From the human T2T-CHM13v2.0 reference genome, Homo sapiens: a DNA stretch of 64,000 bases. Position 1 is the first letter of the stretch, and the number at the start of each line of letters is the position of its first letter. Under the pieces are notes generated by a model. The model saw only the letters and a program-made list of their open reading frames with translations, was not told the origin of the DNA and searched no databases. The position numbers were made by a program, and so were the translations under genes. This document shows, piece by piece, positions 26,875-39,794 of the stretch. Location of the stretch: assembly GCF_009914755.1 (NCBI RefSeq), contig NC_060928.1; one strand, written 5' to 3'.

Positions 26875-27551
26875 TTGCAAATCAAAGAAAATGACTGAGG
26901 TGAGTCTCAATTATTTTTGGAGACTTATCTTGCCAAAATTGAGGATGCACCTGGGAAAAATGAACACAAAACTACCAGAAACATCTATGGTCCATGTTTG
27001 TTTACAAAGAGTCCGAGGACTTCAGTATTTAAAGGGGAAAGAACAGGCAATAGGAGAAAGGAAGGACAGATAAAAGAGGCAAGTGGTTGCATTCCTTTGA
27101 GTCTTTGTTTAGTGCTCACTGAGCCCACATTTTATATGTGAAAGGAGAGGGTAGAGGAATAGTCAATTATGCATTTGTCTCATGCTCAGTGAATCTGCAT
27201 TTCTACATAAGATAAAGTAAACATAGACTAGAGGAAGCTGTCAGACATGCATCTGTCTCAGGTGAGAAGAGGAATGACTTTTAGTTCTGTCCTTTGTCCT
27301 GAACTTATGAAGGTAAGCTGTTAATTTACATTGTGAGGGTGAAATTCAACCAGACTGTTTTGGGGTAAAGATCTCAGGGCCCACAGGAATTTCCCTGTGA
27401 GAAAATTGTGAGGGAGGTATGTAGCCTTTTATCCTTGTAGCTATCTTTTTAAGAACAAAATGGGAGGCAGGTTTGAGTGACCCAGTTCCTAGGTTGACTT
27501 TCCCTTTGACTTAGTGAGTTTGGGGTCCCAAGATTTTATTTTCCTTTCACA
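26875..27551 (-). mobile_element. ERV1 solo LTR (MER4-family), antisense, in intron 1
   Basis: Reverse complement begins TGTGAAAGGAAAATAAAATCTTGGGACCCCAAACTCACTAAG, the recalled MER4-group start. Confidence 0.7.
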
Positions 27552-28359
27552 GTATACATTTAACATTTAAAGAAATGAAACAAATCGACAAACGTGAAAT
27601 AAACTTGCAGGATTATTTGTGAAATGTATGGAAGTTCATCAGACAAGTATGCTAGGGCAGCTACCAGGGCTTACTAGTGCAGGGTAAATTGCGTTCCTTA
27701 AACCATTTCAATAAATTTTTACTTTAGCATCTAGTACTTCTATTTTTAAATACAAAACAAAGTGTTTTCCAAAGCAACAGCTCTTGAAGTGTGAAATGAA
27801 GTTACCCTCCAGAAAAATAGTTTGATTTGGCGTGTTTCTCTCAGCATGATTTACAAGTGTATCCCAAACCTGTAATCTTCCCCAAATCCTTCAGTGCTGT
27901 GAATGACAGCAAAAATAATTTAGCATAATCATGTATAATGTATGACTAAACGTGTTTAAGAGCTTTCTGAAGTTGTAATATGAAGCCTACTCTAGCGCAT
28001 CTCTTGCAGATCACAAAAAAAGCAAAAAAAAATCTATTTTGTGTAGACATTATTATGCAGTCATAAATGTGACTTAGAAGCCATTGTGTGTGTGTGTGTG
28101 TATGTGTATGTGTGTGTTTGTGTGTGTGTGAAAACAAATGCCCACCACCTATCACTGGTGTCAATAAGTGTAGTTTTTTAGGGAGAATACATTTGCTAGG
28201 GTGCTCTGCCATACCAAGCTGCATAATTATTGTAAAAGGGAATGGATAGAAATTTCTATATTCCTCTTTCTTTACTTTTTCGTCAATTTATCATACTTTA
28301 TGTGTTAGCGTTTGTACATCTCCTCATTGAAACATTTTCAATTTATTTCTTAGGAGTGA

Positions 28360-28800
28360 GGTTTTTAAAAACCACTTTGTTGAGTTATAACCTATACACC
28401 ACATACTTCACTAATTTGAAGTGTATAGCTCAGTGGTTTTCAGTATGTTCACAGAGTTGTGCAACCTTCACTACAATACATGGAACAGTTTCATCACCTC
28501 CAAAAGAAATCCTGTACCCATTAGCTGTCACCCCTCAACCTCCCATCTGCACAAGCTCTGGGCAACCACTAGTCTACTTTTTGTCTCTGTAGATTTGCCT
28601 ATTGTGGACATTTCATGTAAATAGAATCATTCCAATGTGGCCTTTTTATCTGGCTTCTTTCACTTAGCATAGTGTTCTCAAGCTTCCTCTACTCTGCAGC
28701 ACATGTCAGTACTTCATTCCTCTTTATGGTTGAATAATATTCTGTTTTATAGATACAGTAAATTTTATTTATCCATTCATCAGTTCATGGACATTTGGAT
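28360..28800 (-). mobile_element. L1MB-type 3' end, antisense
   Basis: ttcacagagttgtgcaacc...ggcaaccactagtctacttt...ttcttcacttagcat-type motifs. Confidence 0.8.
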
Positions 28801-28908
28801 GAATTTTTAGTAGGAAGAAACTGTTAAAAAGTTGAAGCTACTTTATTCCTTTAACATGGAGAGAAACATCTATGTCCTTCATTCCAGGTAGAGGTATCAC
28901 ACCCAACT

Positions 28909-28962
28909 ATGAAGATCAGCATCCTGCTCATGTTCCTTTGGGGATTATCCTGTGCTCTCCCA
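28909..28962 (+). CDS. DMP1: DMP1 exon 2 coding part (exon starts 28888): signal peptide MKISILLMFLWGLSCA plus LP
   Basis: Acceptor ttccag at 28882-28887, ATG at 28909, 18 codons, donor GTAAGT at 28963. Confidence 0.97.
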
Positions 28963-29178
28963 GTAAGTATTAGGGTAGGGATATATGAAAAAACCCTTTC
29001 ATACTTAAAACTCCACAATTTTGATTGGCTATGAACCAAGATGGCTGTGTATGTTCCAGTCCAGTAAAAATAGTAGTTTCTTAGCATGCTGTTTTCTTAA
29101 GAAATATCATTCAAGGTGTTTTTTATTCTGTTCAGTTGCCATTCACATAGATATCATTCATACTTTTCTTCCCTATAA

Positions 29179-29365
29179 GCAGTGCTTCTTAAAGTGTCAT
29201 CCTGGAACCACCAGCATCAGCATCAACTAGGACCTTGTTAGAAATCCAAATTCTTGGACCCTACCTCAGAGCTGCTAAGCCAGACTCTTTAGGGATAGGA
29301 AACAGAAATCAGTGTTTTAACAAGGCCTCCCAGTGATTCTGATGCAGCCTAAAATTTGACTATCC
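29179..29365. mobile_element. MER5A-like hAT DNA transposon
   Basis: cagtgcttcttaaagtg...ccagcatcagcatca...cttgttagaaat...tgttttaacaaggcctcccagtgattctgatgca. Confidence 0.75.
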
Positions 29366-29447
29366 CTACTCCTATGTATGAAATGTGTTAATAACTATTG
29401 CTTTAGAAATTTCTCTTTGGATTTACCATGTGTACTAAATTTTCTAG

Positions 29448-29495
29448 GTAACCAGGTATCAAAATAATGAATCTGAGGATTCTGAAGAATGGAAG
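29448..29495 (+). CDS. DMP1: DMP1 exon 3: VTRYQNNESEDSEEWK
   Basis: tttctag acceptor, 48 nt, donor GTGAGT at 29496. Confidence 0.97.
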
Positions 29496-29924
29496 GTGAG
29501 TAGAAATATGACTTTTTGAAATATTTTAATTTTAATTTATTATGAGTATAACCAAATTGATTTCATTGCAAATGTTGAAACTGCTAATGACTTCATCAGC
29601 ATATTAATAAGCTAAGCTATAGAGTTCATAGAAGAAAATACTGCTGTGATTCCAACTTAGTAGTATACTCTGGCAAGGAAGCATATTTTCTGTTAGCTTT
29701 CTTCTTATAATGGATGTGTATAATAGTACCAGGGGATGCATGACAATGAACCAAGAGTCTTCAGGAGAGATTATGACTTGAAATCTGTTTTAACAAGAGT
29801 TATCTGGTGGGCAAGAGGTCAAGTCCTGGAAGGTGAAAAAAGAAAGAAGAATGAGAGGACACTAGAGTCTCTGGAATGAGAGCTAATGTTGCTAGCATGT
29901 TATTATATTGAGAGTTACTAACTC

Positions 29925-30160
29925 TCAATAACTCAAGAATCATTGCCAGGCACAGTTCTGAGTGTTTTACATATATTAACTTTCTTAATTTTCACACCTC
30001 TGTGAATTAGGTATTATGTTTTATTCTCACTTTACAGATGAGAAAACTGATCACAGAGAGTAATTCAATCGTCTAGGTTACATGGTCAATTAGTGTTAGA
30101 GCCAGACTTTGATATTACGTCACTCTAGCTCCAGAATCCACATTCTTAACCAGTGTGTCA
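29925..30160 (-). mobile_element. MIR SINE
   Basis: tgccaggcacagttctgagtgttttacat...ctcactttacagatgagaaaactga. Confidence 0.75.
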
Positions 30161-31635
30161 TATCCCTCTCAGGAAGGAGCCAGGTCTAAGAGGTCAGAAA
30201 ATTCTCAAGATTGGCACTAAGGGTTAAAATCTTATGCGAAATCAGAGCATTTTGTTCACTACTGTGTTTCCTACTGGCTTTTACATATGATAAAGCTTGG
30301 CCCCAATGCTTTTGGTGGTGGCCAGATAATGTCAGCGACCTGAGGTGGGGTCCTGTCCATGCCTGAGTCTGGAATAGACTTTGCAGTATTTATTATGAAC
30401 TTTCTTCAGAGAAATCCATAGGCTGGTTAATTTAAAAGCAGACACTCTAGATCCTCTCTCTCATTTAACCAGAGACGCACAAACATGCCCTGTTCTCAAG
30501 TCTAGCCTTGGCATGAGAAAAATAACAATGTCTTGCTCCCTTCCACCCATTAATTCCAAATGATAATTGACTGGAGCACAGCCTGCCATTGTGCCTGCCT
30601 GCAGTGTTGCAGGCCAAAGACAGCGTGATTATAGCTCCTTTCCCTAAGGAGATACCCCCAGTCCAGCACCTCTGAAACGCACGTTGAAGACATGTCAATA
30701 GCAGCTCCTCCCTGCTCTACTTTGCGCCTTGGGTGTTCCACACAGGACTTTGCCCTCCTCAAGGGGAAGGGGAAGAAGTGATGGGGAGGGGTACCAGAAG
30801 TTGCTAAGGCATTCTTATAGTGCTTATGAGACTAAAGATAGTGAAATAAATTAGAGGTATGACTAGTTAAATTTCTGATTTAGCATTTGTTTTTAATACC
30901 AGGGCTTTTACATGACTCGAGAAGGGTTTCATGGCTTTCTCAATTCAGTTTTGTTTACTATTAAATTTTATAAGGTGGATGTTATCAAATGGATTTTTTC
31001 TTTAGTTTATATCATGTTGAATAAATAGTTTTCGAGATACTTCCATAGGCATTAGCTGGTTTCATCCTCATAACTACCTTGTGGGGTAAGCACAGTGGGT
31101 GTTAATTTCCTTAATTTATGAATAAGAAACTGGTGGTCAGACACGTGAAGTGAATTGCCCACCTTCACCTAGAGTAACCAACCATCTCGGTTTACCTGGA
31201 ACTTAGGGGTTTCCTGGAACACATGACTTTCAGTGCTAACACCAAGATGATTGGTTTTCAGGGCTAAAACCAAAACCAGTGAGTTAATTGAGACTTAAAT
31301 CTGGATTCTGAGTTTCAATGCTGCTTTTCCTGTGTTACGTTTCCTCTAGGTTGTATGAACGGCCAGGTTCAAAAAAGCATATTTATTTCTGTAAATGAAA
31401 TATCAGAAATATAAACATTGTCTAGGTCTCTTATATCCCAAGATCTTTTCAAGCCATTAGTCATTTTACTTTCCTTTTGGAACCATTTCATCATAAAATT
31501 TCACTATTACTCATGTAAATGTAAGATCTCTACCAAGAAACTAAAAATAATAACCTAAAATTATTGTAAATAATTACAATAATGAAATCCATCTGTGAGG
31601 GAGTAATTTGTTTTCCTTCCTTTCCTTTTTTGCAG

Positions 31636-31668
31636 GGTCATTTGGCTCAGGCACCAACACCACCCTTG
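31636..31668 (+). CDS. DMP1: DMP1 exon 4: GHLAQAPTPPL (proline-rich)
   Basis: Long pyrimidine tract plus tgcag, 33 nt, donor GTAACT at 31669. Confidence 0.97.
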
Positions 31669-31846
31669 GTAACTATCTCATTTACTTTTGTCATAAACAT
31701 CTCATGAAGTAACTTTAACACTCTTCCAGTTGCCTTTTACAATTTTGAAAGTAGTAAATCCAGACTGGAAGCAATTGATGTGTATCATGTTTTTTTCTTT
31801 CCTAAGGAATTACTAAAAAGAAAAGTAAACATTTTTCCCCTTTCAG

Positions 31847-31894
31847 GAGAGCAGTGAGTCATCAGAAGGCAGTAAAGTTAGCTCAGAGGAACAG
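31847..31894 (+). CDS. DMP1: DMP1 exon 5: ESSESSEGSKVSSEEQ (alternatively skipped in the shorter isoform)
   Basis: ctttcag acceptor, 48 nt, donor GTAATT at 31895; contains the SSEE phosphorylation motif. Confidence 0.96.
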
Positions 31895-33367
31895 GTAATT
31901 AAACAGACCTTTCTTAACTTTTCAGGCTACTTAGGAATGGAAGGAAATGATGTTAGATTAAATTACCTGGCGACAGTTCTAAATATAATATTTTCTAACT
32001 ATGAGTTATGCTGGCTAAAGAGTCCTATAAAGTAAGAAGAGAAAAATGAGTAAGGAGAATTCACATGCAGACATGCTATTCATCTTATTTTCATCACTGA
32101 GCCTAGATTGCTGGCACTGTGGCCCCAAATGTCTCTCCTAGTTAAAACATAAACACATGCGCAGAAACACACACACACACTCACAAATGGTCATTGACCA
32201 TGTCAAACTTGCTCATCAACTTAAAATGTTGCTTTTACAATTGGAGCAGTTCAGCTCAGGTGAAGAAGTGCCTGGGAGCTTCTATGTGTCAAGGATCCTG
32301 CTCGAAGACAGAACAGGACAGCCCTGAGGAAACTTTAATGAAAAGAACTGCTTCAGTGATGACTTTCTCTTCGAAAATAGTCCCATCTGTGGGACTGGGC
32401 TCTGGGAGTGAGAAAGGCAGACTCAGTTTATATCCCTTAAAGCTGGCATTCTTTTTCATTTTTCTAAGACTAAGTGTTGTTACTTTCTTAGCTATGCTAT
32501 TGTTTTGACCAAACTCAATCCTGTGGGGCTCCAGAGAGTCCAGGAGCCAGGTTTCTCCCTAAGGCTTTGATCCATGTTGCATTCTACACTTAGCCAGAGT
32601 TGGAAGATGAATTATTAGCCTGTTTATCCCTATTTACTTAAGGTTATCAAAGGAACATTCTAGAAATTTAAAAGCATAGAACTGGAGAAATGCCGTTTGC
32701 TGGGGACTTTGTGATTTGTTGTCTCAAGGGTCTGTAAGCTTTCAAGTTACGGTAGCAATTCCTGCTTGAGAAAGGGTAATGAGGTATGGTGATTCCTGCA
32801 GTTCCTGCTTGTGAGTTGGGTTAACGAGGTATGGCAGGTTAAACCCATGCTCAGTTCCACCATACTAGCATAAAACTCCAGTGCTAGGAAGAGAGGTCAA
32901 CAGCATATACACAAGTACTCCCAATCACCCAATTACAGACTCAGACATTGATCAGTAGGGATGTGTAAAAACAAAACAAAACAAAACAAAAACTAGCAGG
33001 TATGCTCTGTTGTAGGGTATGGTAAAGAGAGCAGATATTTTGGGAGCATAATGTATGAAGACTCACTGTCCTTCCTTACTGGTACAGAGCATCCAATTGT
33101 TTTACTTACAGGGCTCACCTCTCTGACTTCCCACGTAGCACTAAGTTGCCTTGTTGGTCACACTAGTTGGTGTCTTCTAGCTGAATCATCTATAGGCAAC
33201 TTTCTGGTTGTACTAACGAGGTAGAAACATGGTTTGGGTGAAGTATATACCTTACTATAATATTTAATTTTCATTTTAGCTAAAGATTTTATCCTCTGGT
33301 CCTAGTACATTTTTCCCTCCAGAAGAAAAAAAATTGGGGTCATTTTAAGATCACTCAATATTTTTAA

Positions 33368-34041
<674 letters not shown>

Positions 34042-34362
34042 AAGAGTTTTTTTTTTTTTTTTTTAAGGAATTATATATACAGTATGATTTGAATTTCATA
34101 AATGTGATTTCCAGAAAGCTTTTTGAGAAAATGTTGGCAGCATTGAGTGAAGTGTGCCTATATAAAATGGAACCACTTGAGTTTCAATTCCTCTTCCTTC
34201 CTATTTAAGCTCTGGTAGAGAGGTTATTGAGTAGTAAAACTGACCGTAGATTAGAGGAGGGGATGTAGGGCGAAGGAAGCAGAAAGACTAGAAAGGCTCT
34301 AGATAACTCCTTCTCTATCGGTTCCTGGAATACTGACCATATCTGTTAACCCCAAATTCTAG

Positions 34363-35721
34363 GCAAATGAAGACCCCAGTGACTGCACTCAGTCAGAGGA
34401 GGGCCTGGGCTCTGATGATCATCAATACATTTATAGGCTAGCTGGTGGCTTCTCCAGGAGCACAGGAAAAGGAGGAGATGATAAAGATGACGATGAAGAT
34501 GACAGTGGAGATGACACCTTTGGTGACGATGACAGTGGCCCAGGGCCCAAAGACAGACAAGAAGGAGGAAACTCCAGACTGGGAAGTGATGAGGACTCTG
34601 ATGACACCATACAAGCCAGTGAAGAGAGTGCCCCACAAGGGCAAGACAGTGCCCAAGATACCACCAGTGAGAGCAGGGAACTTGACAATGAGGACCGGGT
34701 GGACAGCAAGCCTGAGGGAGGTGACTCCACTCAAGAGAGTGAGAGTGAAGAGCACTGGGTGGGAGGTGGCAGTGATGGGGAGAGCAGCCATGGAGACGGC
34801 TCCGAGTTGGACGATGAGGGAATGCAGAGTGATGACCCAGAGAGCATCAGGAGTGAAAGGGGAAACTCCAGAATGAACAGTGCAGGCATGAAATCAAAAG
34901 AATCTGGAGAAAACAGTGAGCAAGCAAACACTCAAGATTCAGGTGGCAGCCAATTGCTGGAGCATCCCAGTAGGAAAATTTTTAGGAAGTCTCGCATCTC
35001 AGAGGAAGATGACAGAAGCGAGCTTGATGACAACAACACAATGGAAGAAGTCAAGAGTGACTCTACAGAAAACAGCAACTCCAGAGACACTGGCCTCAGC
35101 CAACCCAGGAGAGACAGCAAGGGTGACTCTCAAGAAGACAGCAAGGAGAATCTGTCCCAGGAAGAGAGCCAAAACGTAGATGGTCCCAGCAGTGAGTCCA
35201 GCCAAGAGGCCAACCTGTCATCTCAAGAGAACAGCAGTGAGTCTCAGGAAGAGGTGGTGAGTGAGTCCAGGGGAGATAACCCCGACCCCACAACTAGTTA
35301 TGTAGAAGACCAGGAAGACAGTGACTCCAGCGAGGAGGACAGCTCGCACACACTCTCCCACTCAAAAAGTGAATCCAGAGAGGAGCAAGCAGACAGCGAA
35401 TCCAGTGAGAGCCTCAACTTCTCAGAGGAAAGCCCGGAGTCCCCTGAGGATGAGAACAGCTCCAGCCAGGAGGGCCTCCAGTCTCACAGCAGCTCAGCAG
35501 AGAGTCAGAGCGAGGAAAGCCATTCTGAGGAAGACGACAGTGACTCTCAAGACAGCAGCAGATCCAAAGAAGATAGCAACTCCACGGAGAGCAAATCAAG
35601 CAGTGAGGAAGATGGCCAGTTGAAAAACATTGAGATAGAGAGCCGGAAATTAACAGTTGATGCCTATCACAACAAACCCATTGGGGACCAAGATGACAAT
35701 GACTGCCAAGACGGCTATTAG
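34363..35721 (+). CDS. DMP1: DMP1 exon 6 coding part (residues 62-513): Ser/Asp/Glu-rich; GAG-acceptor-type DDSGDD (S109, 34504), BMP1/tolloid site MQS|DDP (34822-34839), RGD 364-366 (35269-35277), C-terminal DQDDNDCQDGY
   Basis: ttctag acceptor at 34357-34362, 452 codons open to TAG at 35719-35721. Spliced total is 18+16+11+16+452=513 aa, matching recalled human DMP1. ORF track 34699..35721 is its distal part. Confidence 0.99.
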   Translation, partial: ANEDPSDCTQSEEGLGSDDHQYIYRLAGGFSRSTGKGGDDKDDDEDDSGDDTFGDDDSGPGPKDRQEGGNSRLGSDEDSDDTIQASEESAPQGQDSAQDTTSESRELDNEDRVDSKPEGGDSTQESESEEHWVGGGSDGESSHGDGSELDDEGMQSDDPESIRSERGNSRMNSAGMKSKESGENSEQANTQDSGGSQLLEHPSRKIFRKSRISEEDDRSELDDNNTMEEVKSDSTENSNSRDTGLSQPRRDSKGDSQEDSKENLSQEESQNVDGPSSESSQEANLSSQENSSESQEEVVSESRGDNPDPTTSYVEDQEDSDSSEEDSSHTLSHSKSESREEQADSESSESLNFSEESPESPEDENSSSQEGLQSHSSSAESQSEESHSEEDDSDSQDSSRSKEDSNSTESKSSSEEDGQLKNIEIESRKLTVDAYHNKPIGDQDDNDCQDGY

Positions 35722-36760
35722 CATCAGCTGTCCTAAGAAGCAGTTGTCACATAAAGGAGTCTTAGGGACTTGAAAATGTATCATGATAACTATAATTTAT
35801 TGATGTTTTGATCAAAAGAATAACCAGATGCCATATTTTTCCTGAAAGGAATTGCTGGACATTACACTTGTTTTTAGGGTGTCATCATTTCACAGAGGTT
35901 TAAATACTGTGGAGTGACACCAGAACACAGCCAAAGAGGCTAGAAGCAAGAAAGGATCTGCATGATAACTTTGCAGCTGAGATAGTTCCTAATTCATCAA
36001 CGTAACAAACAAAGCTATTGGGTGTCCATGATATACCAGGCACTATGCTAGGTGTTGAGAATGTAAAGCAGGTTAAGACTTGTTTCTTGCTCCTGAGGAG
36101 CGTATAGAAGGACCCACAAAGCTACAGAGTTAAAGAGGGATATGTATAAGAGAAACAAGAATTGTTACAACCCAGTATGGTGAGTGCCAAGACAGAGAGC
36201 TATGAACACGATATCTATCTGGGAACACTGAGAAGGGTGACCAATGCGTTGGAGAACGAGGGAGGGCTTCATAGCAGAAGACATTGGAGTTGGAAGGTTG
36301 CATAGGGTTTCCTCATTGGAGACCGGGGAATTCTATTCTTGGGATAAATAATAGTAAATTCTATAGGATTCAATACTTAGTTTGCAAAAGCACTTTGAAA
36401 TTATGGCACAGTGAGTTGTTTTGGATAAGAAAATCTTTTTCTCCCAATTAATTTACCAATTCATCATTTTTTTTTTTTGTAGAACTCCCATAAACATCAC
36501 CTTACTAATCACTGGTGATGATAAGAAGGATTGGGTCAGGAAGAGTGGGAGAAAGAAATTCCTCTTTACGTAGATACTTTTTAGCTTTATTTTTTCTAAA
36601 ATCAGTTTGCGTGCAATGCTAGAAAAAAACTGTTCTCTGAGTCCTTTACAGAGCAAAATTCTGTATGTAAGATTCAATTGATTTTTGACAAATACCATTT
36701 GAAATATTACCTCAACATAAAATACTTGTTTTGTAATAAAGATTATAATACCCAGAAGAA
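35722..36760 (+). other. DMP1: DMP1 3'UTR (end approximate)
   Basis: Runs from the stop codon to the first canonical AATAAA; the implied mRNA is ~2.7 kb. Confidence 0.8.
35990..36320 (-). mobile_element. L2 3'-end fragment, antisense, inside the DMP1 3'UTR
   Basis: attcatcaa...tattgggtgtccatgatataccaggcactatgctaggtgttgag resembles the reverse complement of the L2 terminus. Confidence 0.6.
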
Positions 36761-36776
36761 ATATGTGTTTATTTGT
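36732..36776 (+). terminator. DMP1: DMP1 polyadenylation signal
   Basis: TGTA overlapping AATAAA (36735-36740), with a downstream GU/U-rich element atatgtgtttatttgt (36761-36776). Confidence 0.85.
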
Positions 36777-37256
36777 AATCGTGGTGCTGATTATTAGGAT
36801 ATATTTGTGTTAAGCAACTCTTTCTTTAAAGCATTCCCAAATAGTTCAGTACCTTCCTCCTATTAAAATGAAAGATTTTCTTAAATTATTTCCTGAAAAT
36901 TTTATTTGTAATTCAGGTAGCATTTGATAAAAATACTATGTGTTGCTTATGATATTTCACTAACTATACCTGTTACAGAACAGGGAGAAAAAAATGAAGT
37001 AAACTCTGAATTTTTGTTTGATGCCACAGTAAAAGTTTATGATGTTTAGGCTTAACATTATTTCCTGCTGGTCTCTCAGACTCATTTGTGTAAGCTCTGG
37101 AAGCTACAGAGTACCATATTCCTTATATTTTTATTTCTTTGAAAGAAATGACTTCACGTCAGCACTTCTACTTTACAAATGTGTTTTTACTCCCACTTCC
37201 ACTGCAGTACCTCAGAATTCCCCACAAAATTATTAGTAGAATCCAGAAGACTTCCT

Positions 37257-37573
<317 letters not shown>

Positions 37574-37653
37574 TCAGTCTCACCTTTCCCATCCTTCACA
37601 TTTCTCTGTTCCCTCACAAGGTCAAAGGTGTGTTTACCTGGGGAGATTTAAAA

Positions 37654-37656
<3 letters not shown>

Positions 37657-37698
<42 letters not shown>
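37657..37698. repeat. (TG)n microsatellite
   Basis: Seen directly. Confidence 0.95.
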
Positions 37699-37700
<2 letters not shown>

Positions 37701-38491
37701 TCTCTAATGCTTCCCCTTGAAATTTTAGAGCTTTTAATTTAGTAGGTCTGGAGTGAGACCCAGAGTTCTGCATCTCTAAAAGGATTCCAGGAAATTCTGG
37801 TGGAGCCTATCCACTATCGCTATTTGGGGTCTCCATTTGGATTAATTATCTGACTCCATTAACCTACAGGTTCCTGCCAACCCATTGCTCCTTCTGAGAA
37901 GAACTGCCCCATGCTCAGACCTCCTGGGTGCCTGAGGCACAGGTGGCCAGGTTCTAACCACTCACATGCCCCACCTCACCATAGGGGATTGGAAGAATTA
38001 GCACCTGATGTGAGGGGAGCCTGGCTGGCAGCTTCCAAGGAGGCATGTTGCAAAGGCCTCATCTGCCTGAACGCGGATGATGGGGGCTTGAGGTCTAATC
38101 TTATTTTCCTTCTCTGAAAATATGTATATTTAGGGAAAGAGATGTCAGAAAGTGGTTAGAACAAAAACAGAAGGGAATACACAGAGAGGCAGAAACGGAG
38201 AGTGGGCTAACCCCCATTAATGTGGCACACAAAATGGAAAATTATGGAGCTCCTGATGCTGAGGGGCAAAATAATCATCTTCCGGCCTGCAAGTTGGATT
38301 TGACTCTTCTATTGCCCCCAAGCCTTCCTGGATTCTGGGATGTTTTGTCTTCTCGAATGCCGCCTGCATGAGGGCACCCACCTTTCTTCAGGCAACTTGA
38401 GTGAGTCTTTGTTCCCGGCAACCAAAATGCTTAATGAACAGAGACTTAGAAACTTATGTTATGTTAGCTAGCGTTCCTAGCTTCTGTAACC

Positions 38492-38948
38492 CAGTGGTCC
38501 CCAAACTTTCTGCTGTCAGGGACAAGTTTCATGGAAGACAATTTTTCCAGGGATGAGGGGTGAGGGGGATGGTTTCAGGGTTATTCAAGTGCATTACATT
38601 TATTGTGCACTTATTTTCTATTATTATTACATTGGAATATATAATGAAATAATTATACAACTCCCCATAGTGTAGAATCAGCCCTGAGCTTGTTGTCCTG
38701 TAACTAGATGGTTCCATCTGGGGGTGATGGGAGACAGTGACAGATCATCAGGCATATACACAGTTCACAATAGGGTTCCCACTCCTATGAGAATCTAATG
38801 CCACTGCTGATCTGACAGGAGGTAGAGATCAGGCAGTAATATGAACGGTGGGGAGCAGCTGTAAATACAGATGAAGCTTCACTTTCTCGTCTGCCTCTTA
38901 CCTTTTGTTGTTGTGGCTTGGTTCCTAACCGGGGTATGAGGAGCCCTG
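38492..38948 (+). mobile_element. MER1-type hAT-Charlie DNA transposon
   Basis: cagtggtccccaaac...gtttcatggaagacaattttt...ctatgagaatctaatgcc...gctgtaaatacagatgaagcttc. Confidence 0.8.
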
Positions 38949-39559
38949 TTATAACCCCTTTATCCAGATAATTCACAGGACTTTTAGAAGAAAGAATAGT
39001 GATAAGAATTTCAGCTATGTTCATGATAGAACGCCCCTCTGGGGCAGATGTAGGAGGGTTTTCCTTTAAGTTCCCCTTGACTCATTTCATGTGCTTGCTA
39101 TAGGCATTGTTGTATCTTGCAGTTGGAAGTGGTAGAGACACATTATTCAAAGGAAAGGTGGCTGGACTTGATCTTTGGCTTTCAAGGTATAGAAGTTTCC
39201 TCATGGAGTTCCTCTTGAAGTCTGTAGTAGATGAGTCCACTTGGGAATCCAAATTATAATTAGCAAATAATTTTAAATTCATAATGGGAAAGAATAAGAA
39301 TGAAAAGCCTGTATGGTGAGCAGAAATGGGAACAGAGGGAGCTATGCAGTGTGAATGCTGAACAGCATTGGGCTAAAATAAGACGGTGCATCTACGATGC
39401 TCCCTGGAAACCTCACAGTAGGAACTGAAACATTCTCTCTCCCTGAAAAGTGCTCTAAATTGCCATGATTAACTTTTGCCTCAGTGGTTCTTATTTTTCT
39501 AAGCTTGTGAGGGCTGATCCACTCTTCATTAAATTGCCCCTTTATTTTTAAAAAATTGT

Positions 39560-39723
39560 TAAACTGAAAAGTAATAACTACATACTTGTGGCGTACATAG
39601 CTATATTTTGATACATACAATGTATAGTGATCAGATAAGGGTAAATAGGATATCCATCACCTCAAGCATTTATTATGTTTTTGTGTTGGGAATGTTCAAT
39701 ATCCTCCTTCCAGCTATTTGAAA

Positions 39724-39794
<71 letters not shown>

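Noticed and set aside
32754-32835. Degenerate ~40-bp tandem duplication in intron 5 (gca.ttcctgcttg.ga...gggt.aa.gaggtatgg)
   Set aside because: Only two diverged units with no evident function; ordinary slippage.
34346-35623. Overlapping alternative-frame and antisense ORFs across DMP1 exon 6 (e.g. 34445..34876 +, 34438..34791 -)
   Set aside because: Expected by-products of the biased GAN/AGY codon usage of an acidic Ser-rich exon. Several start at non-ATG codons and none resembles a known protein.
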